Positions 49,149-62,329 of a stretch of DNA of 64,000 nt are shown here, piece by piece; position 1 is the stretch's first letter; every line of letters begins with the position of its first letter. The position numbers and the translations under genes were made by a program. This DNA comes from Mobula hypostoma (Eukaryota), in assembly GCF_963921235.1 (NCBI RefSeq), contig NC_086097.1:185630001-185694000 (forward strand). The letters are read 5' to 3'. The notes under the pieces are model-generated. The model was not told the DNA's origin. It was given only the letters and a program-made list of their open reading frames with translations, and made no database searches.

Positions 49149-50369
49149 TTTTAAGTGGGTCACATTGCAGCTGTGAGGGCAATGGGTGTCTTGTCAATTC
49201 GGCATCAATTAAGTGGGCTGCTTTGTGCTGCATGGTATTGAGTTGAATTTGAAGAGGTGCATAGGAAATACTCCATCATGTTCTTGACATGGGTCTTGGT
49301 GGTGGAAAGGCTTTAGTGTGTCAGAAGATAAATGTCTTGCTGTAGATTACCTAACATCTGAACAGGTCAAGCATCAGCCACATTTATGTAGCAATCCACC
49401 TGACTTCTTGTGATTGTTTCTCCCTCACCACACCCACACACTATTGAAAGTGGTATTCAGTGTTTGTAATGCTATTAAGTATCAAGGGTAGGTGGTTAAA
49501 TTCTCTTGTTGTAGATGATAATTGTCTTGCCACATAGCAGACCTAAAGGTTCTCCAGGTATTCCTGAATGAATTCCGTGAATTGCTTCATTTCCTGAGAA
49601 GTTATGAATTGGTGTTGAACATTGTGCAATTATCTTCACTTCTGAGTTAATAATGGAAGGAAAACCATTGAAGGAAAAGCTGACTATGATTGAGCCTGAA
49701 GAACTCCTGCAGCAATATCCTGAGACTAGGATAACTAAGATTCAACAGCAACAACTGTCTCCCAATGTGCAAGGTTTTCCCGTCACTTCAATTAACTTCT
49801 GTTTTGCCCTGACTTCTTGATGTCACAGCTGGATGAATGCTGAATGATGCCTTGTTTTTGAGATTAGTCAGTTTTACTTCACTTCTGGAATCTAACATTT
49901 GTTCCATGTTTAAGCCAAGGCTGTGACAAGCTCAGATATAGATTAAAAGTTATTTTGCACATGTGCATTGAAACATACAGTGAAATACATCATTTGCTTT
50001 AATAACTAACCCAGCTTAAGATGTGCTGGGGGCAACCTACGAACCTCAGAGCTAAGTAGCCCTAGAAAAACCCAAACAGTATTTTTAAGTAGGTTATTAC
50101 TGAGGATATTTTAGGAGGTAGCACTTTCTTTGCTATTTAACTGAACTCTTTGATTTATGACCAAATGTAGTGGGTTTACAGAGATTTAATCCACTAATCC
50201 TGCAATTGTTTAGCTTTGTCTTTTGCTTGTTGCTTTTAGAATTTAATATCCCTATCATCCTCTGTTAGCATCTTTACTAGGTTGTTACCTCATTTTTAGA
50301 TTCGTCCATACTGTTCCTAGTATATCCTTGTTCTTGTGTATCCTTCATTGAATCAATGTTGATTCCCCA

Positions 50370-51745
50370 GCTTGATTGTAAAGGTAGAATGAGGGATATG
50401 CTGCAATATGAAATAGAGGCAACCGAGAGTACAGGTACATAATTCATTGAAAGCAGCATCACAGTTAGAGAGGGCAGTGAAGAAGGTATTTGGCATGCTG
50501 GCTCTCATAGTCAAGGCATTGTTCATGTTCATTTAATTTTCATTCAACCATACACATTTCTCCAGGGCCAAGGTACAAAACATAGTACATACAGTCATAC
50601 ACAGCACAATAAGTTTCAATAGCACATACAGTCACAAAAACAAGTCCCTGAGTGGCAGGGCTTGAAGATTGATGGTACATGGGATGTTGTCCTGGAGCCA
50701 CATTTCTGCAACAACAAGTACACAGCATTTCCTCATCTCGTGCTGGGTCAACTGCAGGTGAAGGCCAATCAACTTGTCTCATGCTAGGTCATCCGCAGAT
50801 AAAGGAAATCCAGCTCTTCTTCCAGGAGGTGAACACTGGTAAGTAGCACCGACAGGAGAGCCAGCCTGCAAGGGCTAGTTCCCAACCCAGCACAGATTGC
50901 AGCATGCCCATCACGTCTCTGTTCTCTCCAATGCTGTCTCTGGCAACTCCTCCCCTTGGTGGTGAGACCATGATCTGTGCAGCAACTGAGGCCACACAGC
51001 TCCACCACCATGTCTTTCCAATGAACCTGACTTGCAGTATTTTGTGTTACCAACGTCCAACAGGTTGTGCAATCACAAGAAAAACATTTAAGACACACAT
51101 TTTCACTATTTGTTGGAGCTGAAGGCCGCTTAAACCAAGCGCATGGCTGTCTTACCAAAAGTAAGAGTACTGAAGTTAGGACAATATGTCAGAGACATTG
51201 GAGGGACTGCACTTGAAATATTGTATAAAGTTTTGGTTGTCCTGTTATGGGTAAGGCATAAACTGTAGAGAGTGCAGAGATGAGCTATGAGGATCTTGGC
51301 AGGACTGAGGCCCATGTGGTAGGGAGAAGATGGGCAGGCTAGGACTTTTTTTTTTGGAGCATAGGAGACTAAAGGTTGGCTTATAAAGATGTATAAAATT
51401 ATGAGAGGCACAGATAGGGTGAATACGCATGTCTTTTTCCCCCTCAGGGAAGAGGAACTTAAAACTAGAGGACATAGGTTGAAGCTGAGGCACAAAATAT
51501 TTAAATAGGATTTGATGGTCAACTTCTTCATGCAAATTGTGATGTAAATGTGGAATGAGCTTCTGGAGAGTGGTTGAAATAGGCAGAATAACAACATTCA
51601 AAAGATATTTGGATGTGCATAGGAGGGATTTAAAGGGAAATGAGCCAAATTCAGGGAAGTGGGACTAGTTTGGTGGACACAATGATCAGAATTAATGAAT
51701 TGGGCCGAGGGGCCAATTTCCATTCAGTATTACTCTATGACTTTA
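50370..51745 (+). mobile_element. CR1 3' portion, split by an insertion at 50521-51140
   Basis: VKKVFGMLAL..., DLIKMYKIMRGTDRVN, TRGHRLK and a CR1 tail. Confidence 0.75.
50521..51140 (-). mobile_element. Rex1-derived non-autonomous element (5' ORF start joined to a 3' tail)
   Basis: ..SPCRLALLSVLLTSVHLLEEELDFLYLR resembles the Rex1 APE N-terminus; (ATGAAC)n tail. Confidence 0.6.
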
Positions 51746-52184
51746 ACTCTAATTATTTTGTGATGCTGTACATTGCTGCTTCCATTGTTAATTCCAGTTT
51801 TTGATGATAGATCTGTTAGGTGTCATCTCGCAACTGCTCAATGCTACCTGTGTTCTTGGGTAGTGCATTTGATTACTGATAGTATGTGGATCCCAAAAAG
51901 GCAAAATTTATGCTATAGTTCCCTCTTAAAGCCTATTTAATGGAAACAGGAGTGGAAACTATAAAAGGTGTGATTCTTTTATTGGGAGTTTTATCTTGAG
52001 CAGTGTTATTGCAATTAATTTTTATGATTCAGATGATGGGATCTTCAATTAGCAAGTACAATTTTTTTCTCTAAATTAGTTGTAGATGTCAGATTATGAA
52101 AGTGATTTTAAACAATGGAATAATAGTTTGCTACTGACATAAGTTGCACAATTGGTACACAAACTACCTTTTGTTATCTTTTAG

Positions 52185-52275
52185 ATCATCTGTTGGTAGT
52201 GCATTGCCACGAAGGCGTTGCTGTGCATATGTAACTGTTGGAATGATATGCGTTTTCATTGGAGTTGGTTTAACT
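52185..52275 (+). CDS. pip4p2: pip4p2 coding exon 6 (91 nt), first transmembrane helix
   Basis: Acceptor ttatcttttag, donor gtaagt. SSVGSALPRRRCCAYVTVGMICVFIGVGLT, which matches TMEM55A rather than TMEM55B. Confidence 0.97.
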
Positions 52276-54534
52276 GTAAGTAGAGCTTAATCCTGTGAAG
52301 TTAATTGTGTATTCTGCTTTTCCTGTTTGCTGACTACCTTCTAAATGTATTCGTAGTTATGATTCTATATTTGTTTGTAAACGTTCTTTATTTCATTGTG
52401 TCTGCATAAAGGTAGTTACTTTATTTATGGAATTAAATAATCTACTATAGCTAAGCATGTATGTGGTTCCAAATTGATACTCCTTGTTCTATATAATTTT
52501 AAACAAATAAGGTCTAAGAAAATGCATGGATGGTAGGGGTATGGAGGACTATGGTCCCAGTGCAGATCGATGGGAGTAGGGAGTTTAAATGGTTCAGCAC
52601 AGACCAGATGGGCCAAAGGGCCTGTTTCTGTGCTGTACTTTTCCCACTCTATGACTCTAAAATACCTTGACAAATATTAAGTACTTTTAGTTGATTTTAA
52701 TTCTTTGAAAAATAACAAAAACTTGGAAATACAACCATGTTAATGAAGTTGTGCCTGTGCTATAGATATTTAAGTGTGCCTGGCTCTTAAACATTCCCAT
52801 TTTCGCAAAGTAATGTATTTTAATATTTTAATGTATGATGACTTTGCCTAACTCAGTGATTTTGATTATCAATGTAAAATGCCTAATTATGTTACCCAAT
52901 GTGAGTACAGCACATGACTGTAGCAAGCAATGTTTGGTTATTTTTTATTCTACTGCCCAAGTGTGGGCCGTTATATTTGGAGACAGATGGTTTGGTGCTT
53001 GTGAGTGGTTGGGAATATGCAAATCCTGATTGCATATGAGAAATCTTCTACTTTCTTCTACTATATGGCAAATAGTCACTGGAATGATACTTGGAGACTG
53101 TGATGATATTGTAGAGATTGAGATGACAGCATCAAATGGTTGAGGAGGGACTGTGGAAAAGGTTCTGAAAAAAATCTAACTACAGGAGAGCGGGAGCAAG
53201 AACATGGGCAGTATTTTGAAGATCCTGCTCGTGTGAGAATAGAGGGATTGCTACTTTTGTAGGCAGTTTACAGTCCATCAAGCTTTGGCTACAAGCTTCC
53301 TACTGAAATTCAAATAAAACATTTGCAAAAGTTTAGCTTTAGATGCAATTTAAAGAAAAAGTACATTTAGAGAATTGTTGGAGATATTATCATTTAATTC
53401 TTACGAGTGCATTTCTAGATTTGAAGTGGTCTTCCAGCTGCACATTTCAAATTGAGAAGCCTTTTTTTTACCTTGTAATTAGCTATTCAATGAAGATCAT
53501 TTTTGTGAAAGATGTATGACAGCCAACTTGGTGTCTCATTTGCATAGTTTAGTGTTGAACAATATACGGAATACTTCCATCTGTCCTGCCTCGAGGATTA
53601 TTGGGCAGGATGTGCTCACAATTTCACTTCCAACATTTGTAATTGGAACTTCATCCCTGAAACCAGTTCCTGACTGGCAAAGAAAATTTTCCTCTTGTAA
53701 ATATCAAAACCACCCTCCAGAAATGCCTTTTCTTCAGCTTTTTCAGTCAAGCTGTGAACAATTTTGAACACTTGTAAATGCCTAACATTTTCCAAACCCT
53801 GAAAAATACATAATCTATTAAAAACTAAGTTACTAAATGAAGCTAGTATTTTTTCACTCAGCTGCTATTGTCCTCTGAAATGAATACATTCCCTGAACAT
53901 ATGTTAAACTTGGTAGAGTTTCATTGAACATATTTTCACTGTAACTACAATGAGATTGCAGAAAGTATCACTTCACTGCAGGACTACATGGGGAATCAAA
54001 TAAAGAAACAGTTGTAATAATAAGAACATCTGAGAAAATGTGCATTCTCTATATTTGCATGAATGGCCCTTGTATGATTGTTAAGCTAGCAATTTCCCCC
54101 CAAATTTTAGTAATGAGTTCCTTTGCAGTACATAAGATTCTATTAAGCTATATGGAACATGTTTAAAAAATATTTTTATTATTGTTTCAAACTTGGAACA
54201 TGTACTAAGAAATATGCATCTAGATTTTTGTCAATTCTATCAAGTTAGTAGGTTAAAAAATAGCTTGACAATTTACACAGCTTTAGGCTTTTTGTGCCCA
54301 TTCAATTCTACATGTACATGTTATTGAATCAATCATTTTAATTGCAGGACTACTAGTTTATCCAGTTTATATAAACTATCTGGTGACTGCTAGCTAATAA
54401 ACTAACTATTTATAGATTTAAACCTGTTCTGATTTTCACATGATAAATGGAAATGATACCTGACACTGAGTTAAGTATCTGTTTTATTAGCAGTTTTAAG
54501 CTATTTAACTGTTGTGCTTCTTTTTTTTTGAAAG

Positions 54535-54678
54535 GTTGGGACCCAAGAATTTGCAAGACATTACACTGCAACATATGTTTCCTGGGCTTTTGCCTATCTC
54601 CTAGGTCTAATCTGCCTAATTCGAGCTTGTTATTGGGGAGCAATAAAAGTTAGCTATCCTGAGCACACCTTTGCATAG
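54535..54678 (+). CDS. pip4p2: pip4p2 last coding exon 7 (144 nt including TAG), second transmembrane helix
   Basis: Acceptor tttttttttgaaag. VGTQEFARHYTATYVSWAFAYLLGLICLIRACYWGAIKVSYPEHTFA then TAG. Confidence 0.97.
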   Translation, partial: VGTQEFARHYTATYVSWAFAYLLGLICLIRACYWGAIKVSYPEHTFA

Positions 54679-55102
54679 ACAAATCAGTTATCCAGTGCTG
54701 AAGATCCGATGGTCTACAAATCTTTTTAAAAAAAGGACATTCTCAAGTTAATGGAAATCAGCTTTATAGACTGATTAGGTCCAAGGAATATAATGGTGTC
54801 AGAATGTGCACATTGCACTATGGTTTAAGCAAGTGTACGTTTTGTTGCTGCTAGATTGCCATATGCTGAAGACAAATGTTGCATATATGTCGCTTGGAAT
54901 GTATCTCATTTTTGTCTTGGTTAATCTTTGTCATACAATCTTTGTTGAAATTTGCTTTTTCTGGTGGTGGACAGAACGAAGGAATGTGATGCAACAATTT
55001 AACTCAATGCATACACCATTGAAATATTTCTGTCCAGCCTTGATGTTTTTAAATTACTCCTATGAATCTGAACATTTGAACAAAATTGCATAATAGCTGA
55101 GC

Positions 55103-55108
55103 AATAAA
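55103..55108 (+). promoter_or_regulatory. candidate polyadenylation signal of the pip4p2 3'UTR (another AATAAA at 55438-55443)
   Basis: First AATAAA after the stop codon, in repeat-free AT-rich sequence followed by U-rich sequence. Confidence 0.4.
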
Positions 55109-56451
55109 AATACATTGCATTTTCAATACTTTCATACTTTTGCATAGCTGCTTTTTAAAATACCTGCATTGAGAGTGTCAGGATATTATGGTGGCAATAG
55201 TAAATGATAGTAACTTGCTGTATCATATTTATCTTATTGTATAATGCACATACCATCATTTTGATTAAGCAGAAATGTGTCAGGAAAAGATTTAGTTTTT
55301 GCTATTATTATAGTACAATGATCTACTTTAAAATTTAGAAAATAATCAGCATTTGAATGTAATATTTGTACCAAACTAATCACAGATACATTAACTGTTG
55401 CTTTGCTGAAGTGCATGCATCCTTTTATAAATAAGATAATAAAACACACAAACACTTGAGTGACTACTGTTACTAATTTATGACAAAACAATGAAGAACA
55501 TCAGAATGTGTTATCCTTTAATTAAGTTTGTGTCCTACACGTTCTAAAATGAATATTGTATTGTGGTCAAGTGGAATTCAGTGAATTACTTGTGTGTGTT
55601 TGTTTATAACTGCCATGTTTCCCTCGTTCAAAATGTCCCCTTTACTGTGTTCACCACACAAACTAAGCTTGTTTTCTCACACATGTAGCATTTGCTGTGC
55701 TACACACTCTATCCCAATTTAACCTAATCTACATTTTATCATCATCTCCATCTCTAAGCACATATGTCCTGCATAAATTCACTTCTGAATTGGCACCAAT
55801 CCTCATGCTTTCTTTCTGCAGAAACAAAACAAAGCAGAGAAGGGCATTGAAGAAGCTTTGAAGTAATAAAATGGGTGAAGGCCAATTACTTCTGAAGGGT
55901 GTCTATGCCTCACTTGTATTCCTTAATTCAGTGAAGATGCAGGAAGCTTTATATCTTTGAATCCTGTTCTCGGGCATGCAAACACTTTCAAAATCAGCCA
56001 CTACATTGCCAGTATTACAGTCTAGATTGCAGGCAATATGTGGGAGTGAATATTTGGGGCCTTGGAAGATTGAGCATACAGAATATGTTGTCTGCAAATA
56101 TCCCAGGGCTCATTATAGGAGGATCAGCAGCCTATTGGGACAAGGGAATGCAAGTTGGCAGATTTCATATAGTGCTTGACTTTTTTGCGACCAATAACAT
56201 TTTTCTGATACCAACCTTTAATTTTAATGAAGTCAGTTATGTTTTCAATAAAAGTGGAAGAAGCATGCTTGAGGAGGAAAATCCAAAGTATAGGAAAGAA
56301 TGGAAGTTCTTCAACCAAGTATAATGAAGAGGAAAAAGTAGAGATTTAAAAACTTGTACATACATTTGCTGTTTCAGACAAGTTAGCAAAGCATCTATCA
56401 GTTGTGAATTTCAGCTTTGAATGGGATGTGTGACTATGTGTAAATAACCAT

Positions 56452-56715
56452 GGGGCACCAGACTAGTTAGCATAATGGTTAGCACACTGCTATTAAAGCA
56501 CAGGGCATCAGAGTTAGGAGTTCAATTCTAGCATCTTCCCCATGGAATGCATGGGTTTTCTCCAGGTGCACCAGTTTCCTCCCACAGTCCAAAGACCTAC
56601 TGATTAGTAGGATAATTAGCCATTGTAAATAGTCCTGTCTTTAGGCTAGGGTTAAATTGGTGCTTCCTGGGCAGTGTAGCTGGAAGGGTCTGTTCCATAT
56701 TGTATCACTAAATAA
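56452..56715 (+). mobile_element. HE1-like tRNA-derived SINE
   Basis: A-box-like ttagcataatgg, B-box-like gagttcaattc, core ccagtttcctcccacagtccaaagac, aataaa tail. Confidence 0.7.
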
Positions 56716-57804
56716 ATTTTTTTTTTAAATTTATAGCTTTTGTCATCTGTATCTAAGTCCATTGCAGATTTTGCTTATATACCTGCCTGACAATAAATGG
56801 GTATCAAGCCAATATTTCCAGATATGCATCTAGATTTTCAGAGTTGTGCTGATGAATGCAAATTGTCTTTGCTTTCTCATTGTTCAGCCATCCTTTTCAA
56901 TTTGTGGGGAGAAACGTATGATTTCCTAATAAGGTAAATTTGTGCTGCAAATCTTCTGTAGGTAATCAGCAAGAAATCCTGCTGTCCAGGCAGACTGACT
57001 GATTGCTTTTATGTAGGTATGGTTAACTCAAGCGAGCCTCATATCAACCATTGTCTTCCAGGGATAATATTTATCAGGTGGACTACCAACTGGAAAATGC
57101 AGACTGATCTAAAATACTCTCTAAACAATTTGGTTATTGAGGAAAATGTGATAAATAGGAACTTGAGAAGGCAGTTCATGGAGAGAGAAATTTGGTGAAT
57201 ATTTGAATCTGGTGATGTTCAATTCAGCAATTTTTGATTCAATATTTTAACACCATTTCTGATGTTACATATGGGTCATTTTCTGTTAGATGTCGTGAAG
57301 TGTATGGATTAGATAGAATTTCATCCTTCAAAAAAAAGACCAAGAGTATATAAACTTCTGAATATAATTTAACTTCCTGTTCATTCCAATATTACAAATG
57401 TTCACTTTCTACATTGTTAAGCTTTGTGTGAAGTGCACTTTACATGGAATAAATTTTTAGCAGGCACCTAGCAATTGTCTATTCAGCTGTACCACCTTGT
57501 GTTCATATTTTAATTCTGTGTAGTGCTGAAAGTACATTATCAGTTCTATGCTTATTTGCCAGAAGGTGGCAGTATTAACAATTACAGTAACAAAGCTGTA
57601 AAAGCAAGACAAATGATGATTTAAATTACTATTGTATTGAATTTTTTGTGCAGATTCAGCAAAGATATACACACAGATATACATATGTTACACTTTGGAT
57701 ACTGATCTGAGGAAAAGGTAAGGTTTATTTTTAGTGTAACGCATACAAAATACTGAAGGACCTGAGCAAGTCAGGCAGAATCTATGGAAAGGATTAAAGA
57801 GTCA

Positions 57805-58605
57805 AACTTCAAAGAAAATTTATTATCAAAATACATATGTCACCATATAGAACCCTGAGATTCATTTTCCTGTGGGCATACTCAATAAATCTATAGAATA
57901 ATAACTTTAACAGAGTCAGTGAAAGACCACCCAACTAGGGTGTTTAACCAGAGTACAGAAGACAACAAACTGCAAATACAAGATGAAAAAAATATACATA
58001 TTGACAACATGAGATGTAGAGTCATTAAAAGTGCGACCATGGTGTGGGAACATTTCATTGATGTGGTGAGTGAAACAATCCCCTTTGGTTCAAAAGCCTG
58101 ATGGTTGAGGGGTAGTAACTGTTCCTGTACCTGGTGGTGTGAATCTCTACAACCTCTCAAGAAAGTAGAGGCATGGCCATAATTGCAGTTATGTGCTGGG
58201 CCTGGGACAGGTCCTCCGAAATAATAACAACTAGGAATTTAAAGCTGCTAATCCTCTGCACTGATGAGAACTGGCTCATGGACTTCTGGTTTCCTTCTCC
58301 TGAAGTCAATAATCAGCTCCTTGAGTAAGAAGTTGCTATGACACCACTCAGCCAAATTTTCAGTCTCCCTCCTATATGCTGATTCATCACCACCTTTGAT
58401 AAGGCCTATGATAGTGATGATATCATCAGCAAACTTGACTATGGCATTGGAGTTGTACTTAGCCACACAGTCGTCAGTGTAAAGCGAGTAGAGCAGGAGA
58501 CTAAGCACACAGCCTTGTAGTGCACCTGTGCTGATGGAGATCATGGAGGAGATGTTGCCAGTCTGAACAGACTAGGGTCTGCAAGTGAGGAAATCCAGGA
58601 TCCAA
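57805..58605 (-). mobile_element. Rex1-like RT fragment and 3'UTR
   Basis: STGALQGCVLSLLLYSLYTDDC..KFADD..ELIIDFRR. Confidence 0.85.
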
Positions 58606-58639
58606 GATATCCTCGTGTGACAACTCAGTGAACTAAGAT

Positions 58640-60290
58640 AAAACCATAAGATATAGGAGCAGAATTAGGCCATTTGGCCCATTGAGTCTGCTCAGCCATT
58701 TCATTGTGGCTGATCCATTTCCCCTCAGCCCCAATCTCCTGCCTTCTCCCTGTATTATTTCATGCCCTGACTAATAAAAAAATCTGTTAACCTTTCCTTT
58801 AACTATACCCCATGACTAGGCCTCCACAGCCACCCGTGGTAATGATTTCCATAGATTCACTATTCTGGCTCAAGAAATTCCTCCTCCTTTCCCTTCTAAA
58901 AGGATGCACCTCTCTTGTGAGTGAAAATCTAGGACTGAACTCTAAGTAGAATCCAATACATCATGTATTTCTGCCATAATAAGCTTGTTTCACATTACAG
59001 TCCCAGCCTAGCAATCTGAATTGAAGGTAACTCACTTCTCATCTCAGTCAATTTCAGCAACAATTGCCATCATCTCTTTCTTGTTGCATACTGCACAGAA
59101 CTTACCATATAGTTTATTATTTAGTATTGTGATCCTCTCCTTGCTCACATAACGGATGTCTCAACGACTAAGGTTAAATCTCTAGGTAGCCTATTCATGT
59201 ATATTTAAGGTGAAAGTTGATCATTTCCTGATCGGTTAGGGCATCAAAGGATGTGGAGAGAAGGAAGGTGTACGGGGTTGAGTGGGATCCAGGATCAGCC
59301 ATGATGGAATGGTGGAGCAGACTCAATGGGCTGAATGGCCTAATTCTGTTCCTAATTCTGTCTTGTATGTCCTGATTTTCAGGTAAGTTATCATCAGCTA
59401 TCTATATTAATGGATTTTACTATGATTTTCCTCTGAACATTACTTCCTCCCTCATGACAGTTAATGAGCATTGACTCATTCTATATTTGCTTTAGCATAC
59501 ACATTATCCATTATGTCACTTCACTCTTCAAGAAGGGAGAGAGGTAGAAGAAAGGAAATTATAGACCAGTTAGTTCGACCTCAGTGACTGAGAAGATGTT
59601 GGAGTCGATTGTTAAGGATGTGGTTTTAGGGTACTTGGAGGCCCATGATAAAATAGGCCATAGTCAGCATGGTTTCCTTAAGGGAAAATATTGCCTGAAA
59701 AATCTGTTGGAATTCTTTGAAGAAATAACAAGCAAAAACGTATTGGTAGATGTTGTGTACTTGGATTTTCAGAAGGCCTTTGACAAGATGTCACACATGA
59801 GGCTGCTTAACAAAAGCCCATGGTAATACAGGAAAGGCTATCATGGATAGAGCATTGGCTGATTGGCAGGAGGCAAAGAGTGGAAATAAAGGGAGTCTTT
59901 CTAGTTGGTTGCCAGTGACTAGTGGTGTTCCACAGGGATTTGTGATGGGTCTGATTCCTTTTATGTTGATATGTCAATGATCTGGATGACAGAATTGATG
60001 GCTTTGTGGCCAAGTTTGTGAATGATATGAAGATAGGTGGAGGGGCAGGGAGTTTTGAGGAAGCAGAGAGGCTACAGAAGGACTTAGATTAGGGGAATTG
60101 GCAAAGATATGGCAGATGGAATACAGTGTCATGAAATGTATGGCCATGCACTTTGGAAGAAGAAATAAAAGGGTTGAATATTTTCTAAATGGAGAGAAAA
60201 TTTAAAAATCTGAGGTACTTGGGACTTGGGAGTTCACGTGCAGAATTTCCTGAAGGTTAAATTGTAGTTGTGTTGATGGTGAGGAAGGCT
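58640..60290. mobile_element. CR1 fragments (58640-58915 minus; 59200-59365 plus; 59510-60290 plus, RT)
   Basis: SQHGFLKGKYCLKNLLEFFEE..VDVVYLDFQKAFDK; CR1 tails. Confidence 0.85.
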
Positions 60291-60814
60291 ATCTTATGGT
60301 CTCCATAACCATACACTTTAATAGTATTGCTTTTATCCTTCAGCTGAAATACAGCTACAACAAGTCTTGAATTTATTATTGCTTTATAGTAGCTATAATA
60401 ATTTCACAGATTTGAAAAAGCAAATGAAAGGCTCAAAACATTTTGATCATAGTAAAATTAGAATTTTTTTTATCTTGCTAAAGTAAATGTTATCAAGCAC
60501 ATTGGCCTAATGCCATAACTACTGAAACAATAAAAGAATAATCTATGATTTAATAATAACACCAACTATAAGTATTTTGGACTGAATTAATGCCATTTTC
60601 TGGAATCCTGTTGTGAGCTGATTTTTGAAAACTCTTTGCAATGAAATGAGATCTTTAACATGAAATGGACTACTCATACCTTTTCTGAACACAAGGTCTT
60701 TCATTCAGCTTTCTATAAGAACAAAAGATCAGAGCTTTTCAAACTTCATATTTCAAACTTGTGACTATGAATTAATACTAGATCTTCATCTTTGAGGTTA
60801 CATCTATTCTTAGA

Positions 60815-60970
60815 ATTAGACCAACTGTAGAACATCCTCACCTACCATCTCATAAGCCTCCACATCCAACTTATTCTTTGCAGCCTCTGCCATCTCCAAG
60901 AGGATCCCACAACCAGACACATCTTCCCCTCCCCACCCCTTCCTCTCCACTTTCTGCCGAAATCACTCAC
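60815..60970 (+). mobile_element. Penelope RT-to-GIY-YIG linker remnant
   Basis: LTYH..SLHIQ...HLQEDPTTRHIFPSPP-like. Confidence 0.55.
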
Positions 60971-61244
60971 TCCCATTTAAATTCCTGTTTTGCCAGTACA
61001 GCTCAGCATTCAGCATTCTTTTTCTTTGTTATTTCCAGCTTCACAATGACTAACTTTTCATCTGCTGAATGAAAACAACTAGAACGATTTAATCATAACA
61101 ATGTTTTATGCTTAACACTGCTATTTTCCTGGAAATTCTGCAAGCTTGTGGCATGGTTCAATGGTTCTTTTTTTATAAAGAGCTTAAATTTTATAAAGAG
61201 CTTGTATTTATACATCAGTATCATACAGTTCTTTAAGGTTATTA

Positions 61245-61785
61245 TAGCCGGGGGTGGTAGTGGGGATAAGCTCCCACTATCTATTGAATGCTTTCAACAG
61301 CATGCTTCTCAAATAGCCTCTGACAACCAAGTCCAGCTCCTTGGCTTCAGGTGTGGCTTAGCTGCTAAGCCTGGTGGAACTGACAGGAGAAAGGGTAAAG
61401 GAGGGTTACTGACACCATAAGACCAGTCACTTTGGGCAGATGGGGCTTTTCAGCCATGGTTGGCAGCTCATCTAGGAGAAGGAAAACTCTGATGTCAAAC
61501 CTCTTCTGCCTTGTGGCTAAACCAACTCTTAGGGAAGACTTCAAGAGTAAACCCCAAGGAAAAATCCAAAGCTTGAGTCCCTAAGGCAGTCCCACACTAA
61601 TTTCAACGCTGCCTGACAACTCCTGTGACACAGCTGGAGCCAAACTGTATACGTCTCATCAGCTGCATGGAGAGGGGAGCCTGCTGCATGGGCAACAACT
61701 TGTTCTCCATGTTGTACTGCCCTGGCTTGCATAGACAGCTAGGAGCAACATTCATGGTCAACCCTGATCAATGGAGAGCCTAATC
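61245..61785 (+). mobile_element. probable RTE-type LINE/SINE 5' region
   Basis: GC-richer island resembling RTE 5'UTR-derived repeats (ctaggagaaggaaaactctg..aaacc); family assigned from recall only. Confidence 0.4.
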
Positions 61786-62329
61786 ATTATACTACAAACT
61801 TCTCAAGATGATTTGCACTGAGTTTGTAGATATATGCCACAAAATTTACACAGCACCAAACTATTGTTTTAAAATTGCATATTTTGAGAAAAACGTACTA
61901 GTTCAATGCTACGTGCTCTGTCAAATTCTTTGAACAGCTGCAGAAATCTTTTTTTGTATATGTGCGGCTGAATATGGTTGTCTCCAAAATCTGTGTTTCA
62001 CTTCTGTGTGAGTTCAGGCTCTCGATCAGTGAAACTGAATACAGTTTACAATAATGTATCTGAAAATGATGAAATTGGTAGCCTGCTATAAAAACTCAAC
62101 TGACGTGCTTTTAATGGGAAGAGAGCTTGCCTCTTTAAGACAATCCAAGATAAGGTGATCTTTTCCTATCAACAGGCCTATCATTGAGATCGAGGAATGA
62201 ATTTAAAAGGGAGGCAAGATCTAGCAAGAGTGACCATTTTGGAATAGCCATCTTGAGAAGAGATATTTTGAGGTCCAAGTGCTGAGGTTGAGGCATAACT
62301 GCAGAGGATTTAACAAGGGAGGCTATGGT

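Noticed and set aside
54642..54647. AATAAA as the pip4p2 polyA signal
   Set aside because: It lies within the coding sequence (Ala-Ile-Lys) upstream of the stop codon.
61325..61392. HDV-like ribozyme in the RTE-like 5' region
   Set aside because: ctcct/aggag pairing and a ggcttag/ctaagcc hairpin are present, but I could not build P1, P3 and P1.1 of the double pseudoknot.
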